Notes: generated from the sequence alone by a model not told the origin. DNA of 64,000 bases from an uncultured Verrucomicrobiae bacterium (GCA_963769025.1 CAVYKI010000009.1:128001-192000), one strand, 5' to 3'; shown: positions 27,120 to 40,406, counted from the stretch's first letter. Made by a program: numbers and translations.

Positions 27120-30113
27120 ATGTCAGACGACCAACCCCCAAGCCTGTCGGATGGAGTCAGAGGAACGGACCCGACACCGGTGAATCGCATCACGGATTCC
27201 ATCGCCGCGGCGATGTTCGGAGCCCCGCGGCCGGGGAGTGCGGGCGGATGGGCGGCACCCGCGCCGGAGGAATTGCAGCGCAGTTTCCCTGACAAGGAAA
27301 TCCGCGGCATTCTCGGCCACGGCGGGATGGGCGCGGTTTACAAGGCCTTCCAGACGAGCCTCCAGCGATTCGTCGCCATCAAGATCCTTCCGCCCGGTGT
27401 CGATGACGGAGGGATGAATTTCGCCGAGCGCTTCAAGCAGGAGGCGAGGGCGATGGCGAAATTCAAGCACCCGGGAATCGTCGGCGTGTACGACGCGGGG
27501 GAGACGCCGGAGGGGATGCTTTATTTCGTCATGGAATACGTCGAGGGGACGGACATCGCGCAGTTTGTCGCCGAGCACGGCAAGCTGGCGCCCGCGCAGG
27601 CGCTCCGCATCACCAGCCGGGTCTGCGAAGCGCTCACGTATGCCCACGAGCACGGAGTCATCCACCGGGACATCAAGCCCTCCAACGTGATGATCGAGCC
27701 CGACGGCACGGTGAAGGTCGCCGACTTCGGTCTCGCGAAGCTTTCCAGCGCCGGCAGTGACGTGAACACGATGAGCAGCCTCTCGATCGGCACGTCGGAC
27801 TTCATGCCGCCGGAGGCGCTCCAAGGTTCGCGGCACGTGGATCAGCGCGGCGACATCTACGCGACCGGCGGCCTGCTGTACCAGATGCTCACGGGGAAGG
27901 CGCCTCATGGGCGCTTCGAGCCGGCCTCGGTGGTGGTGCCCGGGCTGGACAAGCGCCTCGACGCCATCATCGAAAAGGCCATGCATGCCGACCCTGCGAA
28001 GCGCTACGCGAGGCCCGGCGAATTTCTCGCGGACCTCGCGCGCATCGCCCCCACTTTGAAATCGCCTGCAACCGGGCGGGTGCCACGGCAGGCGGAGCCG
28101 CCCCGCCGGTCATGGAAAAAGGGAATCGCGTGGGCGCTGGCGGCCGTCGTGCTGCTCGGGATCGGCGCGGTCGCATTCGACGCCATGAAAAAAGGCCGCA
28201 CGGGGAGGAACGGCGATCAAAAGCCCGTTGGTACGAAGCCCAAGGAGACCGCGTCCGGCGCGGAGCCGAAGACCGTCGCCATCCGTCGCTCATGGAAACC
28301 GGCGCCGGCGAAGTTCAACGCGGTCATCGATCGCGACGCCGTCCACCTTCAGCGTTTCAATACGTGGAGCGGACCGGAATCTCCGAAAACCAACGTCGCA
28401 GTCCGCTCGCTCATCGTATGGCAGCCCAGCCCGCCCGGGCGCAACGAACTGATCAAGGTGACCGCGCGCTCGACGGACAACGAGCATTACTACGCCTGCC
28501 TCTACGGCTCCATGGTCGAGCTCGGCTATTACCGCGCGCAGAATAAGAACATGCTGCCCTTGCAGCGGTGGCCGGTCGATCCGCCTCCCGGGCCCGATGA
28601 AGCCATCTCCCTGCAGCTCGCGTGCGTCGGCGAGCGCCTCGCAGTCTGGGTCCGCGGACGTCTCGTGGGCACCTACGACGACGACACCGTGACGGGCAGC
28701 GGTAAAATCGGCGTCCAGGCGGTCGACGGCCACGTTCGCAATCTCGAATTCCTCGATCTCGACGGGCTCACCGAGGCGGCGGCGTTTCAGCGGCTGGGAC
28801 TGGATGCGAGCGGCACCTCCGCGGTCCCTTCGCGTGAATGGGTGAGCGCATTTCCCGATCTCGCGAAGCTGCCGGGGATCGCGGAGTTTCGGGATGGCTG
28901 GGCGAGGCTGGCGAAGGAAAACCAGATCAAGCAGCTCAGCGATGCAGACGGCACGATCCTCACCGTCCGCAATGGCGGAATCCGGGCCAGGCGCCTCGTG
29001 CCGGAAAACTGGCACGGCGGCACCCTGCTTCACATCCGCACCACAGAAGGCGGGCGCCGTCTGAACCTCTGCTACTTTGAGCCGAAGGAACCTGGGGAAA
29101 AGGCGTTCCTGCAGCTCCGCGAATTCCGGCCTGAAGCGCTCCCGGCGAATCCCACCGCGGAGGAGGCGTGGGCCATGCAGAAGCTTCTCGCCGAGGAGCG
29201 CATCCCGCCCGTGAGCGGTGAAACCGTCACGGAACTCGTCGCCGTCGGCGGCACGGTGCGCGGGCTTTTCGGAGCGCACAGGATCACTGCCGGCATGGAG
29301 GATGCCGGAAATGGGGGCCGCATGGCGCTCGACGAGGCGGGCACGCTGTCCTTCCGCGATGTCGAGGTGCTGAATCTCGACAGCCTGCCCGAGGCGCAGG
29401 CGCGGGTCGCCGCAGGCATGCAGGCCAGCACAGGCCAGGCCGCGAAAGCGCTGCCCGTCCTCACGGCAGCGAGCACGAACGACGCGGAGGTGACTCCCGC
29501 CGGCGCGCCGCGCTGGCGCGATGCGCTGGCCGAGTCTCCGATGAAGGAAATCATCGCGAAAGCCCCGCACACGGCGCGGGGCTACCTGCTTCCCGACAAC
29601 AACCACTGGACCGTTTCCCCGAAGGCCCAGCGCTCGGGAGCCGTGCGCGTCCGTGCAGCCGGTGTGAACGCCCAATACATCAGCCTCTATGCCCTGCTCG
29701 ACGACCGGCAATCGGAACGAATCCGATACCGGGATCTGAGCAAGCAATGGAAGCTGAGTCTGGGGGAACTCGGCGTGAACGAAGCGGACGTTGCCAGCAC
29801 GACGGGAGCGACTCCCTTGGATGGACAGCCCCACGAGCTTGTTTTCGCGCGCGTCGGCGGACGTCTCAGGGCGATGCTGGACGGCCAGGTGCTCTTTGAC
29901 GAAGCGGATCGCAGCCCGCTCGCGGGCCGCTTCGTGGTGGACGTTTACCGCCGGGCCAGCGTGTGGGTGGAAACGGTGGAGTATCTGGAACTCGATGGCG
30001 TCCCGGAAGCCGAAGCGCTGAAGCTGATCGGCATGGATGACAGCCGCAAGGGTCCGCCCGCCGCAACCACGGGGGGACAGAGGGATGTGATCTCCGGGAG
30101 GCGGGCGAAGTGA
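27120..30113 (+). CDS. Membrane Ser/Thr protein kinase with a large extracytoplasmic region
   Basis: LGHGGMGAVYKA, VAIKIL, HRDIKPSN, DFGLAK, GTSDFMPPE; TM IAWALAAVVLLGIGAVAF. Confidence 0.93.
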   Translation: MSDDQPPSLSDGVRGTDPTPVNRITDSIAAAMFGAPRPGSAGGWAAPAPEELQRSFPDKEIRGILGHGGMGAVYKAFQTSLQRFVAIKILPPGVDDGGMNFAERFKQEARAMAKFKHPGIVGVYDAGETPEGMLYFVMEYVEGTDIAQFVAEHGKLAPAQALRITSRVCEALTYAHEHGVIHRDIKPSNVMIEPDGTVKVADFGLAKLSSAGSDVNTMSSLSIGTSDFMPPEALQGSRHVDQRGDIYATGGLLYQMLTGKAPHGRFEPASVVVPGLDKRLDAIIEKAMHADPAKRYARPGEFLADLARIAPTLKSPATGRVPRQAEPPRRSWKKGIAWALAAVVLLGIGAVAFDAMKKGRTGRNGDQKPVGTKPKETASGAEPKTVAIRRSWKPAPAKFNAVIDRDAVHLQRFNTWSGPESPKTNVAVRSLIVWQPSPPGRNELIKVTARSTDNEHYYACLYGSMVELGYYRAQNKNMLPLQRWPVDPPPGPDEAISLQLACVGERLAVWVRGRLVGTYDDDTVTGSGKIGVQAVDGHVRNLEFLDLDGLTEAAAFQRLGLDASGTSAVPSREWVSAFPDLAKLPGIAEFRDGWARLAKENQIKQLSDADGTILTVRNGGIRARRLVPENWHGGTLLHIRTTEGGRRLNLCYFEPKEPGEKAFLQLREFRPEALPANPTAEEAWAMQKLLAEERIPPVSGETVTELVAVGGTVRGLFGAHRITAGMEDAGNGGRMALDEAGTLSFRDVEVLNLDSLPEAQARVAAGMQASTGQAAKALPVLTAASTNDAEVTPAGAPRWRDALAESPMKEIIAKAPHTARGYLLPDNNHWTVSPKAQRSGAVRVRAAGVNAQYISLYALLDDRQSERIRYRDLSKQWKLSLGELGVNEADVASTTGATPLDGQPHELVFARVGGRLRAMLDGQVLFDEADRSPLAGRFVVDVYRRASVWVETVEYLELDGVPEAEALKLIGMDDSRKGPPAATTGGQRDVISGRRAK

Positions 30114-30512
30114 TGTCATCCGCGCCGGCCGGCGGGCTCGGACCGCCAGCCCTGCGCCACAAAATGGAAGTCGTAACGGGAGCCGCATCTCCAGCCGGGC
30201 GCGCCCGGGGAGCCCTGCGTAGCACCATGGCCTCGCCGGTCTCAGCCGCGGGCACGGCTGAGGTGTAGCGATCAAGGATTTCGCGCTGAGCGATCCGCTG
30301 AAGCCCGGGCAGGACTACGAGGACTGCGCGCGTCGGTCCAGCCCGCCGCTAATCGGCCGCCCCGCCCCGGATTCCGCGCGTCCGTCGCAGTAAGTGTGGA
30401 TTGCCTTTGCTTGGACGGCCGTGTCGGGGACGGAAGCGCGGCATCGTAGCTGAAGCGAATCACTCGCGGCCCGCTTGACCTCGTTGCGCGTGAGCAGTTG
30501 GATGCCGCAAGC

Positions 30513-31247
30513 ATGCCCCCCAAAGCCGACGCCGCCTTTCCAACGACACGCTGGACGCTCATCGCGAGAGCCCGTTCCGCGGATGGGGCCGTCGCGCGCA
30601 AGGCTCTGAATGAGGTGTGTGCCCAGTACCACTACCCGCTCTACTGCTTCATCCGTCGCAGCGGTCTGGAGCATCACGACGCGGAGGACGCGCTGCATGA
30701 TTTTTTCGCGAAGCTGCTCCGGCTGGAAGTGTTCGAAGGCGTCGTTCAGGAAAAGGGTCGGCTGAGGGGGTTGCTCATCACCGCGCTCCGGCGATTCGTC
30801 GTGAACTGGCACCGCGACCGGCCTTACCGGCAGCGCGAGGTGAGTGCGGACGCACCGTTCCCGGCAGACGAGGCCGAGGCGCGCTACCTGCGGGAGGAAT
30901 TCATCGAGACGGAAACGCCGGAGCGGATCTTCGAGCGGAAGTGGGGCCATGAAATGCTCTCGCGCGTGGTGGCCCGACTCGCCGAGAGCTATGCAAAAAA
31001 GGGGCGCACGGCGAGCTTCGACGCGCTGCGTCCCGCGCTGGAAGCCGGCGGAACACTGCGCGGCGGCGACGCGCCCGGCATCGCCGCAAGGCTCGGCATC
31101 ACGGAGAATGCGCTCCGCGCGACGCTCTCGCGCCTGCTGGTGGAATACCGCGAGATCCTCGAGTCCGAGGTGTTCCAGACGGTGGAGTCGCGGGAGGATG
31201 TCGCGGATGAGATCGCGCATCTCCATTCGATTTTCCGAAGGAACTGA
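30513..31247 (+). CDS. ECF RNA polymerase sigma factor (kinase-associated PVC type)
   Basis: FPTTRWTLI N-terminus, YPLYCFIRR, DAEDALHDFF, GRLRGLL, region-4 HTH IAARLGITENALRATLSRL. Confidence 0.88.
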   Translation: MPPKADAAFPTTRWTLIARARSADGAVARKALNEVCAQYHYPLYCFIRRSGLEHHDAEDALHDFFAKLLRLEVFEGVVQEKGRLRGLLITALRRFVVNWHRDRPYRQREVSADAPFPADEAEARYLREEFIETETPERIFERKWGHEMLSRVVARLAESYAKKGRTASFDALRPALEAGGTLRGGDAPGIAARLGITENALRATLSRLLVEYREILESEVFQTVESREDVADEIAHLHSIFRRN

Positions 31248-31420
31248 GCCGGCGCGCGACGTCCGCACGTGAAAGGATGCCGCTTTTTCATCCGCCTGTA
31301 TCGGCGGCGTGCGGCGAAATGGTGTTGATCCATCGCGACGCCTCGGACATGGAAGATACCCCGCGATTTTCCCGAGAAGGGGGACGCGACCAAATCCCTG
31401 CAACTCTCCACACCATCCCG

Positions 31421-32860
31421 ATGAAACCGAAGACTCCCGCCATTCTGTCCCTGATGATCGCCCTGCCCGTCGTTGCGTCCGCCGCGGTGGATTTTGTGAA
31501 GGACGTGCAGCCGATTCTCGAATACCACTGCGTGCGCTGCCACAACCCGAAGGCGACCGCGGTGGAGACCGGAGACACCGGTGTGGAACTGGACACGAAG
31601 GCGAAGGCGATCCGTGGCAAGACGATCGTCCCCGGCGACGCATCGAAGAGCAAGGCCTACACGACGACCGTGCTGGCCGACGATGACGACAAGCTGATGC
31701 CGCCGCTGGAGGAAATCAAAAAAGGGTCGAGTGCACGGCTGACAACGGAGGAGGCGGAGACGCTGAAGACGTGGATCAACGAAGGTGCAAAGTGGCCCGA
31801 TGGGGTGATTCTGGTCGCCCGTAAGAAGGAGAAGACGGTGGACAGCGCTGCGGAGGCGCTCCTGGTCGCGGAGATCGGCAAGCGCATCGCCGAGACGACG
31901 AAGGAAAAGGCCGAGTCGGAGATGAAGCCCTACAGCACGGAGATCCTCGGGACGGATGTGAGCTTTGACATGGTGCCGATCCCGGGCGGGAAGTTCAAAA
32001 TGGGCAGCCCCGAGAATGAGAAGGGCCGGGCCGCGGACGAGGGGCCGGTGCATGACGTGGAGGTTGCGCCATTCTGGATGGGGAAGACGGAGGTGACGTG
32101 GAACGAGTTTCAGCTTTTCATGTATCCCGAGGAGGAGAAGAAGGCGCGCGTCGTGAAGAATCTGAGCGCCGACCTGAACAAGCTGACCGACGCCGTCTCG
32201 CACCCGACGCAGCCGTATGTGGAGATGAGCTTCGGCATGGGCACGGATGGCTTTCCCGCCATCTCGATGACGCAGCACGCTGCAAACAAATACTGCCAGT
32301 GGCTGAGCGCGAAGACCGGTCACTTTTACCGCCTGCCGACCGAGGCGGAGTGGGAATACGCGGCTCGTGCGGGCACGGCGACACCCTATTTCTGGGGCGA
32401 TGACGCGACGAAAATCGGCGAGTACTGCTGGTGGGGCAAGAACAGCGATTTCAAATACCAGAAGGTCGGCAAGAAGAAGGCGAACCCTTGGGGGCTCCAT
32501 GACATCCTGGGCAATGTCGCCGAGTGGACGCTCGATCAATACGATCCCGCGTTTTACAAATCCTCGCCCGCTGCGAATCCATGGAACAAGGCGACGAAGC
32601 CGTACCCGCACGTGGCCCGCGGCGGTTCATGGGACGACGAGGAGCCGGCCCAACTCCGCGCCGCCGTACGGAAGGCTTCCTCGGCGGAGTGGAAACGTCA
32701 GGACCCGCAACTCCCGAAGAGCATCTGGTATCACACGGACGCGCAGTTCCTCGGGTTCCGCGTTGTCCGCCCGCTGAAAGTCCCCGCAGCCGCCGAGATG
32801 CAGGCCTACTGGAACAGCGGAGTGGAGAAGGACGACGCGCGCCTGAACAGGGCGGAGTAG
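31421..32860 (+). CDS. Secreted cytochrome c domain + FGE/SUMF1-domain protein
   Basis: Signal peptide; VDFVKDVQPILEYHCVRCH heme motif; FKMGS, TEVT, RLPTEAEWEYAARAG, NPWGLHDILGNVAEW, GFRVV. Confidence 0.88.
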   Translation: MKPKTPAILSLMIALPVVASAAVDFVKDVQPILEYHCVRCHNPKATAVETGDTGVELDTKAKAIRGKTIVPGDASKSKAYTTTVLADDDDKLMPPLEEIKKGSSARLTTEEAETLKTWINEGAKWPDGVILVARKKEKTVDSAAEALLVAEIGKRIAETTKEKAESEMKPYSTEILGTDVSFDMVPIPGGKFKMGSPENEKGRAADEGPVHDVEVAPFWMGKTEVTWNEFQLFMYPEEEKKARVVKNLSADLNKLTDAVSHPTQPYVEMSFGMGTDGFPAISMTQHAANKYCQWLSAKTGHFYRLPTEAEWEYAARAGTATPYFWGDDATKIGEYCWWGKNSDFKYQKVGKKKANPWGLHDILGNVAEWTLDQYDPAFYKSSPAANPWNKATKPYPHVARGGSWDDEEPAQLRAAVRKASSAEWKRQDPQLPKSIWYHTDAQFLGFRVVRPLKVPAAAEMQAYWNSGVEKDDARLNRAE

Positions 32861-32911
32861 GGGGCTCCCGCGCCCCGGTGCTGTGGACGCTGAACGCCGC
32901 CGGGTGGGCGG

Positions 32912-33250
32912 CTACTGCCGCCGCGGGGTGAGGCGGAAGATGGTCTCGCCAGGCTTCATGTAGCCGGGGTCGACCCCATCCCGCGCAAAAAGGCTGAGGT
33001 ATTCGCTGTCGTTCCGGAGCAGCGTGACTTCGCGGCTCAGGCGGCTGTTGATCATCCGCGCCTCGTCCAAGTGCGCTTCCATCTCAGCGAGCATCTTATC
33101 CTGGCTGGCCTTCTCGCTGACGCCTGGCAGCACACGGTAGGTCAGCGGAACTACCGCAGCCGCAACGATCAGGGCGATGAGAACCTTGTTGAGCCGGGAG
33201 AGGAACCGTGCCGGCGATGCGTGTTGAAAGTGGGAGGGTGCGTCCTTCAC
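32912..33250 (-). CDS. ftsB: Septum formation initiator (FtsB/DivIC family)
   Basis: One TM helix plus coiled coil, YLSLFARD...YMKPGETIF; directly downstream of eno (conserved synteny). Confidence 0.75.
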   Translation of the reverse strand: MKDAPSHFQHASPARFLSRLNKVLIALIVAAAVVPLTYRVLPGVSEKASQDKMLAEMEAHLDEARMINSRLSREVTLLRNDSEYLSLFARDGVDPGYMKPGETIFRLTPRRQ

Positions 33251-34636
<1,386 letters not shown>

Positions 34637-34760
34637 TCATTATCGCGGAAAATCTGCGCGCAGCGTCGCCCGGGCCGAAACGCGACCGTCGCGAAAGTTC
34701 CGCTTGTCATCCAAACCAAGCCGGGCATGTTCGGCCCCTTTTTCCGGCGGAGATCTTTCC

Positions 34761-35688
34761 ATGCAACACCTTCTTTCCCTCGAAGCCGCCACCCGTGATG
34801 AAATCCTCGCGGTGCTCGAGCTTGCGGTGAAGATGAAGGCCACGCGCGGACGGCTCGAAGCGCATCCGCTGCGGCACCAGTGCTGGGCGCTCATGTTTTC
34901 GAAGTCGTCCACGCGCACGCGCGTCAGCTTCGAGGTCGGCATCCGTGAACTCGGCGGCGACGTGATTTTCCTCGCAGCGGACGACATCCAGCTCGGCCGC
35001 GGCGAGCCGATTCAGGACACGGCGCGCGTCATCGGCCGGATGTGCCACGGCGCGGTCATCCGGACTTTCGGGCAGGATGAAGTGGAGGATTTTGCGAAGT
35101 TCAGCGGCATTCCGACGATCAACGCGCTCACCGACGACGAGCACCCGTGCCAGATCCTCGCCGACCTGCAGACGATCTCGGAGAAGCGCGGCGGGTTTTC
35201 CGGCAAGGTGGTCACCTACGTCGGCGACGGTGCGTGCAACGTGCCGCGCTCGTGGCTCTGGGCCGCGTCGAAGCTCGGCTTCGAACTGCGCATCGCAGCG
35301 CCCGCGCCGTATCAGCCCGATCCCGCCATCGTCGCGGCTGCCTTTCCGTCTGGAAAAACCGGCGGCGGCAAAATCGTGCTCACCGACGATCTCCAAGCCG
35401 CGGCCCGCGGTGCGGACGTTCTCTACACGGACGTTTGGGTGAGCATGGGCAAGGAAAAGGAGGCGGAGTACCGCCTCGCGCAACTCGGTGCATACCAGAT
35501 CGACGAGGCGCTCGTGACAGCTCGCAAAGCCCGGCGCGCTCGTGATGCACTGCCTTCCTGCCTATCGCGGCAAGGAAATCACCGCGGACGTTTTTGAGGC
35601 GCACAGCGAGACGATCTTTACGCAGGCCGAGAACCGCCTCCACGCGCAAAAGGCGGTCCTTTCCCTGCTCGCCGCAGCGAGGGTCTAG
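34761..35688 (+). CDS. argF: Ornithine carbamoyltransferase; +1 frameshift near 35520
   Basis: [35 protein letters not shown] and [11 protein letters not shown] continue in a shifted frame to TAG 35688. Confidence 0.93.
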
Positions 35689-35792
35689 CGGCAGCGGGCG
35701 GCGGCAGCGGGTGGCAGGCGCGGCAAAACGCCGCTTGCCAGATACCGGTAAATTTCTATTCTCCGCCGCCCTTCAGCCCCCCGCTTACATTT

Positions 35793-37886
35793 ATGGTTCT
35801 GACACTGGCTTCCCTTATTGAAAACGGCATCCCGATTTCGCTCGGTTGCGCCGTCGTAGGGTTGGTCTTTGCGCTGTGGCTCATCAAGTCGCTCCTCTCA
35901 ATCTCCTCGGGCACGGAGAAGATGCGCTTCATCGCAAATGCCATCGAGCAAGGGGCGAAGGCGTATCTTCGCCGGCAACTCGCGTCGATCTCGGTCATCG
36001 GGGTGGTCATCGTGGCGTTGCTCCTTTGGAAAAAGGACGCACCCACCGCGATCGGCTTCGTCCTCGGTGCGGTCTGCTCGCTTGCGGCCGGTTTCATCGG
36101 GATGCGGATCGCAGTGAAAGCAAACGTCCGCACGGCTGAAGGGGCCCGCACGAGTGCGAAGAAGGCGTTGCAGGCGGCGTTCAGCGGCGGTGCCGTCACG
36201 GGCTTGCTCGTGGTCGCGCTCGCGCTGCTTTCGACGGGAACCTTTTACATGGTGATGGCGAAGTGCCAGCCGGACAAAGCCGTGAGCAGCCTCATCGGCC
36301 TCGCGCTCGGCGCGTCGCTCATCTCGGTCTTCGCGCGCCTCGGCGGCGGCATTTACACAAAGGCCGCGGACGTCGGCGCGGACCTGGTCGGCAAGGTGGA
36401 ACAGGACCTCGACGAAGATGATCCGCGCAATCCCGCGACCATTGCGGACAACGTGGGCGACAATGTCGGCGACTGCGCGGGCATGGCTGCGGATGTCTTT
36501 GAGACGTACGCGGTGTCGCTCATCGGCGCGGTGCTCGTCGGTGCTCTCACCGCGGCCACGGGCGCGAGTGCGGCGGCGGTTGTATATCCATTCCTGCTCG
36601 GCGGCGTCTCGATCATCACGAGCATCATCGGCGTCCTTTTTGTGAACAGCTACGGCGGCAAGGCCGACAAGGCGCTCATGGGCGGCGTGCTCATCAGCAG
36701 CGTGATTTCGGCGGCGGCCTTTTACCCGCTCACGACGTGGATTTTCCCGGCGGGCCTCGCGCTGAAGAACGGATCCGTGCATTCCGCGAACGAGCTCTTC
36801 TTCTCCGCCGTCATCGGCCTCGTGATGACGGGCATCACGGTCGCCATCACGAACTACTACACCTCCACCGCGTACGCCCCCGTGCGGAAAATCGCGAAGG
36901 CCAGCGAAACCGGCCACGCCACGAACATCATCGCCGGACTCGCCATCGGCCAGCGCGCGACCGCGCTGCCGGTCATTTTCATCGGTGCGGCGATCTGGTT
37001 CAGCTACCACTGCGCGGGGCTCTACGGCACGGCCATCGCTGTCATGGCCATGCTCTCGATGGCCGGCATCATCATCTCGCTCGATGCCTTCGGCCCCATC
37101 ACTGACAACGCCGGCGGTATCGCCGTGATGAGCGGGCTCCCGCCCGAGGTGCGCAAGACCACGGACGAACTCGACGCCGTCGGTAACACCATGAAGGCCG
37201 TCACCAAAGGCTACGCCATCGCGAGTGCGGGCCTCGCCGCGGTCGTCCTCTTTGGCAGCTACGTCGTGGACTTGAAGGATCACCTCCTCAAGACCATGGC
37301 CGCCGTCGACGTGGAGAAAATGCTCACCTTCTCGCTCAACGAGCCAAAGGTGATCATCGGCCTCTTCATCGGCGGCCTGCTGCCATATCTGTTCAGCGCG
37401 TTTTCCATGGACGCCGTCGGCAAGGCCGCCGGCGCCATCGTGAGCGAAGTGCGCCGCCAGATTGCCGAGAAACCCGGCATCCTCAAGGGCACCGACACGC
37501 CCGAATACGGAACCTGCGTGGACATCGTCACCAAGGCGGCGCTGAAGGAAATGATCATCCCGGCGCTCCTGCCGCTGCTCGCCGTCATCCTCGTCGCCGC
37601 CATTCCTGCGCTCGGCATGATCGCGCTCGGCGGTGTGCTCGTCGGCAGTATCGTCACCGGGCTTTTCATGGGCATCTCGATGACCAGCAGCGGCGGCGCG
37701 TGGGACAACGCGAAAAAATACATCGAGGAAGGCCACCACGGCGGGAAGCACAGCGAGGCGCACAAGGCCAGCATCACCGGCGACACCGTCGGAGATCCTT
37801 ACAAGGACACCAGCGGCCCGGCGATCAACCCGATGATCAAAGTGGTGAACATCGTCGCCATCCTGATCATCCCGATCTTTTTCTAG
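35793..37886 (+). CDS. hppA: Membrane-bound pyrophosphatase, predicted K+-independent H+-PPase
   Basis: [35 protein letters not shown] (Lys at the K+-determinant site), [10 protein letters not shown]. Confidence 0.95.
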   Translation: MVLTLASLIENGIPISLGCAVVGLVFALWLIKSLLSISSGTEKMRFIANAIEQGAKAYLRRQLASISVIGVVIVALLLWKKDAPTAIGFVLGAVCSLAAGFIGMRIAVKANVRTAEGARTSAKKALQAAFSGGAVTGLLVVALALLSTGTFYMVMAKCQPDKAVSSLIGLALGASLISVFARLGGGIYTKAADVGADLVGKVEQDLDEDDPRNPATIADNVGDNVGDCAGMAADVFETYAVSLIGAVLVGALTAATGASAAAVVYPFLLGGVSIITSIIGVLFVNSYGGKADKALMGGVLISSVISAAAFYPLTTWIFPAGLALKNGSVHSANELFFSAVIGLVMTGITVAITNYYTSTAYAPVRKIAKASETGHATNIIAGLAIGQRATALPVIFIGAAIWFSYHCAGLYGTAIAVMAMLSMAGIIISLDAFGPITDNAGGIAVMSGLPPEVRKTTDELDAVGNTMKAVTKGYAIASAGLAAVVLFGSYVVDLKDHLLKTMAAVDVEKMLTFSLNEPKVIIGLFIGGLLPYLFSAFSMDAVGKAAGAIVSEVRRQIAEKPGILKGTDTPEYGTCVDIVTKAALKEMIIPALLPLLAVILVAAIPALGMIALGGVLVGSIVTGLFMGISMTSSGGAWDNAKKYIEEGHHGGKHSEAHKASITGDTVGDPYKDTSGPAINPMIKVVNIVAILIIPIFF

Positions 37887-39232
37887 GCCGGAGGCACGGA
37901 CGCCGACGGAGGATTCCGCAGGTTCTCGCGCAGCGTCGCGGGCGAGACTTCGTTTTCCCAGCGGCTGATTGCCATCGTGGCGACGCCGTTGCCGATGAAG
38001 TTCGTCACGGCGCGGCATTCGCTCATGAAGCGGTCGATGCCCACTAGCAGCGCGAGCGACGCGATGGGGATGGACGGAACCGCCGCAAGGGTCGCGGCGA
38101 GCGTCACGAAGCCCGCGCCGGTCACTCCGCTCGCGCCTTTCGATGTGATCATCGCGATCAGCAGCAGTCCGATCTGGTGCTTCAGATCGAGCGGCGTGTT
38201 CGTGGCCTGGGCGAGGAAGACCGCGGCCATCGCCATGTAGATGTTTGTCCCGTCGAGATTGAAGCTGTAGCCCGTCGGCACCACGAGCCCGACCGTGGAA
38301 TGAGAGCAGCCGAGCCGCTGCATTTTCTCGATGAGCCCCGGCAGCGCGGTCTCGGAGGAACTCGTCCCCAGCACCAGTAGGAGCTCGTCCTTGATGTACA
38401 CGAGGAAGCGGAAAATCGAGACACCGCACCACAGCGCGATCCCGCCGAGCACGACGACCACGAAGACACCCGCTGTAAGATAGAAGCCGAGCATCAGCGC
38501 GAGCAGTTTGTTCAGCGACTCCAGCCCGTAGCTGCCCACGGTGAACGCCATCGCGCCGAATGCCCCGATGGGTGCGGCCTTCACGACGATGCGCATCACG
38601 CCGAAAAAAAGCTGCGAGCCGTATTCCACGGCGTTCAGGATCGGCCGCGCCTTTCCTCCCAAAGCCGTGAGGGCAAACGCCGTGAGCAGCGAGATGAAGA
38701 GCACCTGCAGCAAGTCGCCCGAGACGAATGCACCCAGGAAAGTGTCCGGAATGATGTTCAGCAAAAAATCCTTCGTGCTCAGCGCATGCGCCTTCGTGGC
38801 GTATTCCTGCGCGAGCTTCAGATCGAGCGTCGCCGGGTCGATGTTAAACCCCGCGCCCGGCTTCAGCACATTCACCACGACGAGCCCGATGATGAGCGCG
38901 AGCGTCGAGACCACCTCGAAATACACCAGCGATTTCAGCCCGACGCGCCCGAGTTTTTTCAAGTCACCCATCGACGCGATGCCATGGACGACCGTGCAGA
39001 AAATGATCGGCCCGATCATCATCTTCACGAGCTTGATGAAGCCGTCCCCCAGCGGCTTCAGCACATTCTTCACATCCGGCCACACATAGTCCGCGCCGAA
39101 GATGCCGCTCCACACCACCCCGCGTCCTATCGCCGTCCAGTAATGCCCAATCAAGATTCCAAGTGCCACGGCGATGAGCACCTGGATGTAAAGGACGCGA
39201 TACCACGGTTTGCGGGGCAAAGGAGCGGACAT
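37883..39232 (-). CDS. dctA: C4-dicarboxylate/H+ symporter
   Basis: [55 protein letters not shown]; start approximate. Confidence 0.93.
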   Translation of the reverse strand: MSAPLPRKPWYRVLYIQVLIAVALGILIGHYWTAIGRGVVWSGIFGADYVWPDVKNVLKPLGDGFIKLVKMMIGPIIFCTVVHGIASMGDLKKLGRVGLKSLVYFEVVSTLALIIGLVVVNVLKPGAGFNIDPATLDLKLAQEYATKAHALSTKDFLLNIIPDTFLGAFVSGDLLQVLFISLLTAFALTALGGKARPILNAVEYGSQLFFGVMRIVVKAAPIGAFGAMAFTVGSYGLESLNKLLALMLGFYLTAGVFVVVVLGGIALWCGVSIFRFLVYIKDELLLVLGTSSSETALPGLIEKMQRLGCSHSTVGLVVPTGYSFNLDGTNIYMAMAAVFLAQATNTPLDLKHQIGLLLIAMITSKGASGVTGAGFVTLAATLAAVPSIPIASLALLVGIDRFMSECRAVTNFIGNGVATMAISRWENEVSPATLRENLRNPPSASVPPA

Positions 39233-39335
39233 GGACATCATTTGTGCCCGCCTCTGTCTGCGCGGGCGAGAGGGAACATGCACATCCGTCTTGCCGCAAA
39301 CGCGGCGCTTGGGGATGACTGACGTGATTCCTCCC

Positions 39336-40403
39336 ATGTCCAAATTCCGAATCGCCGGCATCAACTTCGATCACTTCCACATGGGCGACCTGCTGCGAAT
39401 GGTGCACGAGCACCCGGATGCGGAACTCGCCGGCATCTGTGATGAGCAGGCCGCGCGGATGCGAGAGGCGGAGAAGAATTTCGGCATCCCGGCGGAACGG
39501 GTTTTTACCGACGTGGATGCCTGCATGGAAACGGCGCGGCCGGATTTGGTGATCCTCTGTCCGGCGGCGGCGCGGCATGGCGAGTACGTGGCGCGCGTCG
39601 CGAAATACGGCGCGCATGTGCTCGTGGAAAAGCCGTTCGCGGCATCGCTCGCCGAGGCGGATGCGATGGTCGCGGCGATGCCGAAGGGGAAGCTGCTCGC
39701 GATCAACTGGCCGCTCCGCTGGGCGGAGTGCGCGGTGACTGCGAAGCGGATCATTGACGAGGGGATGATCGGCGAAGTGCGCGGGTTTCACCACTACGGT
39801 GGCAACCGAGGCCCGCTCTGCCACGGTGCGGACAAAACGGAGAAGGAACCGACGGCGGCGGAAAAAGCAGCGAGCTGGTTTTACAAAAGGAGCGCGGGCG
39901 GCGGCTCGCTGCTCGACTACCTCGGCTACGGCACGACGCTCGGCACATGGTTCATGGGCGGACGCGTGCCGATCGAGGTGACAGCGGTGACGGATGAGCC
40001 GCCCGGCCTCGAGGTGGACGAGCACAGCGTGGTGATTATCCGGTACGATTCGGGCCTCTCGAAATGCGAGACGCGCTGGGGGACGTTCACCGATCCGTGG
40101 ACGCATCAGCCGCAGCCGAAGTGCGGCTTCGCCATCTGGGGCACAGGGGGGACGGTGAGCTGCTACGACTACGAGCCGACCGTGCGCGTGCAGACGCGGA
40201 CAACGCCGGAAGGCTTCGACGTGCCGTGCGACACGCTTCGCGCGCCGGAGCGGAATCCCATCGAATATTTCCTGCACTGCATCGCGACGGGCGCACCACT
40301 GAGCGGCCCGCTCTCGCCGGAGATTTCGCGCATCGGCCAGCAGATCGTGGATGGTGCCGTACGGAGCGCGAGGGAAAAGCGGACGGTGAAACTGCCCGCC
40401 TAG
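39336..40403 (+). CDS. Gfo/Idh/MocA-family oxidoreductase
   Basis: [25 protein letters not shown]; first gene of the sialic-acid cluster. Confidence 0.88.
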   Translation: MSKFRIAGINFDHFHMGDLLRMVHEHPDAELAGICDEQAARMREAEKNFGIPAERVFTDVDACMETARPDLVILCPAAARHGEYVARVAKYGAHVLVEKPFAASLAEADAMVAAMPKGKLLAINWPLRWAECAVTAKRIIDEGMIGEVRGFHHYGGNRGPLCHGADKTEKEPTAAEKAASWFYKRSAGGGSLLDYLGYGTTLGTWFMGGRVPIEVTAVTDEPPGLEVDEHSVVIIRYDSGLSKCETRWGTFTDPWTHQPQPKCGFAIWGTGGTVSCYDYEPTVRVQTRTTPEGFDVPCDTLRAPERNPIEYFLHCIATGAPLSGPLSPEISRIGQQIVDGAVRSAREKRTVKLPA

Positions 40404-40406
40404 CGC

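Noticed and set aside
28290..30275. Long antisense ORFs (also 2555-4495, 17115-19169, 35898-38432, 43507-46017, 46215-48758)
   Set aside because: Shadow frames of real high-GC genes on the opposite strand, with no protein motifs.
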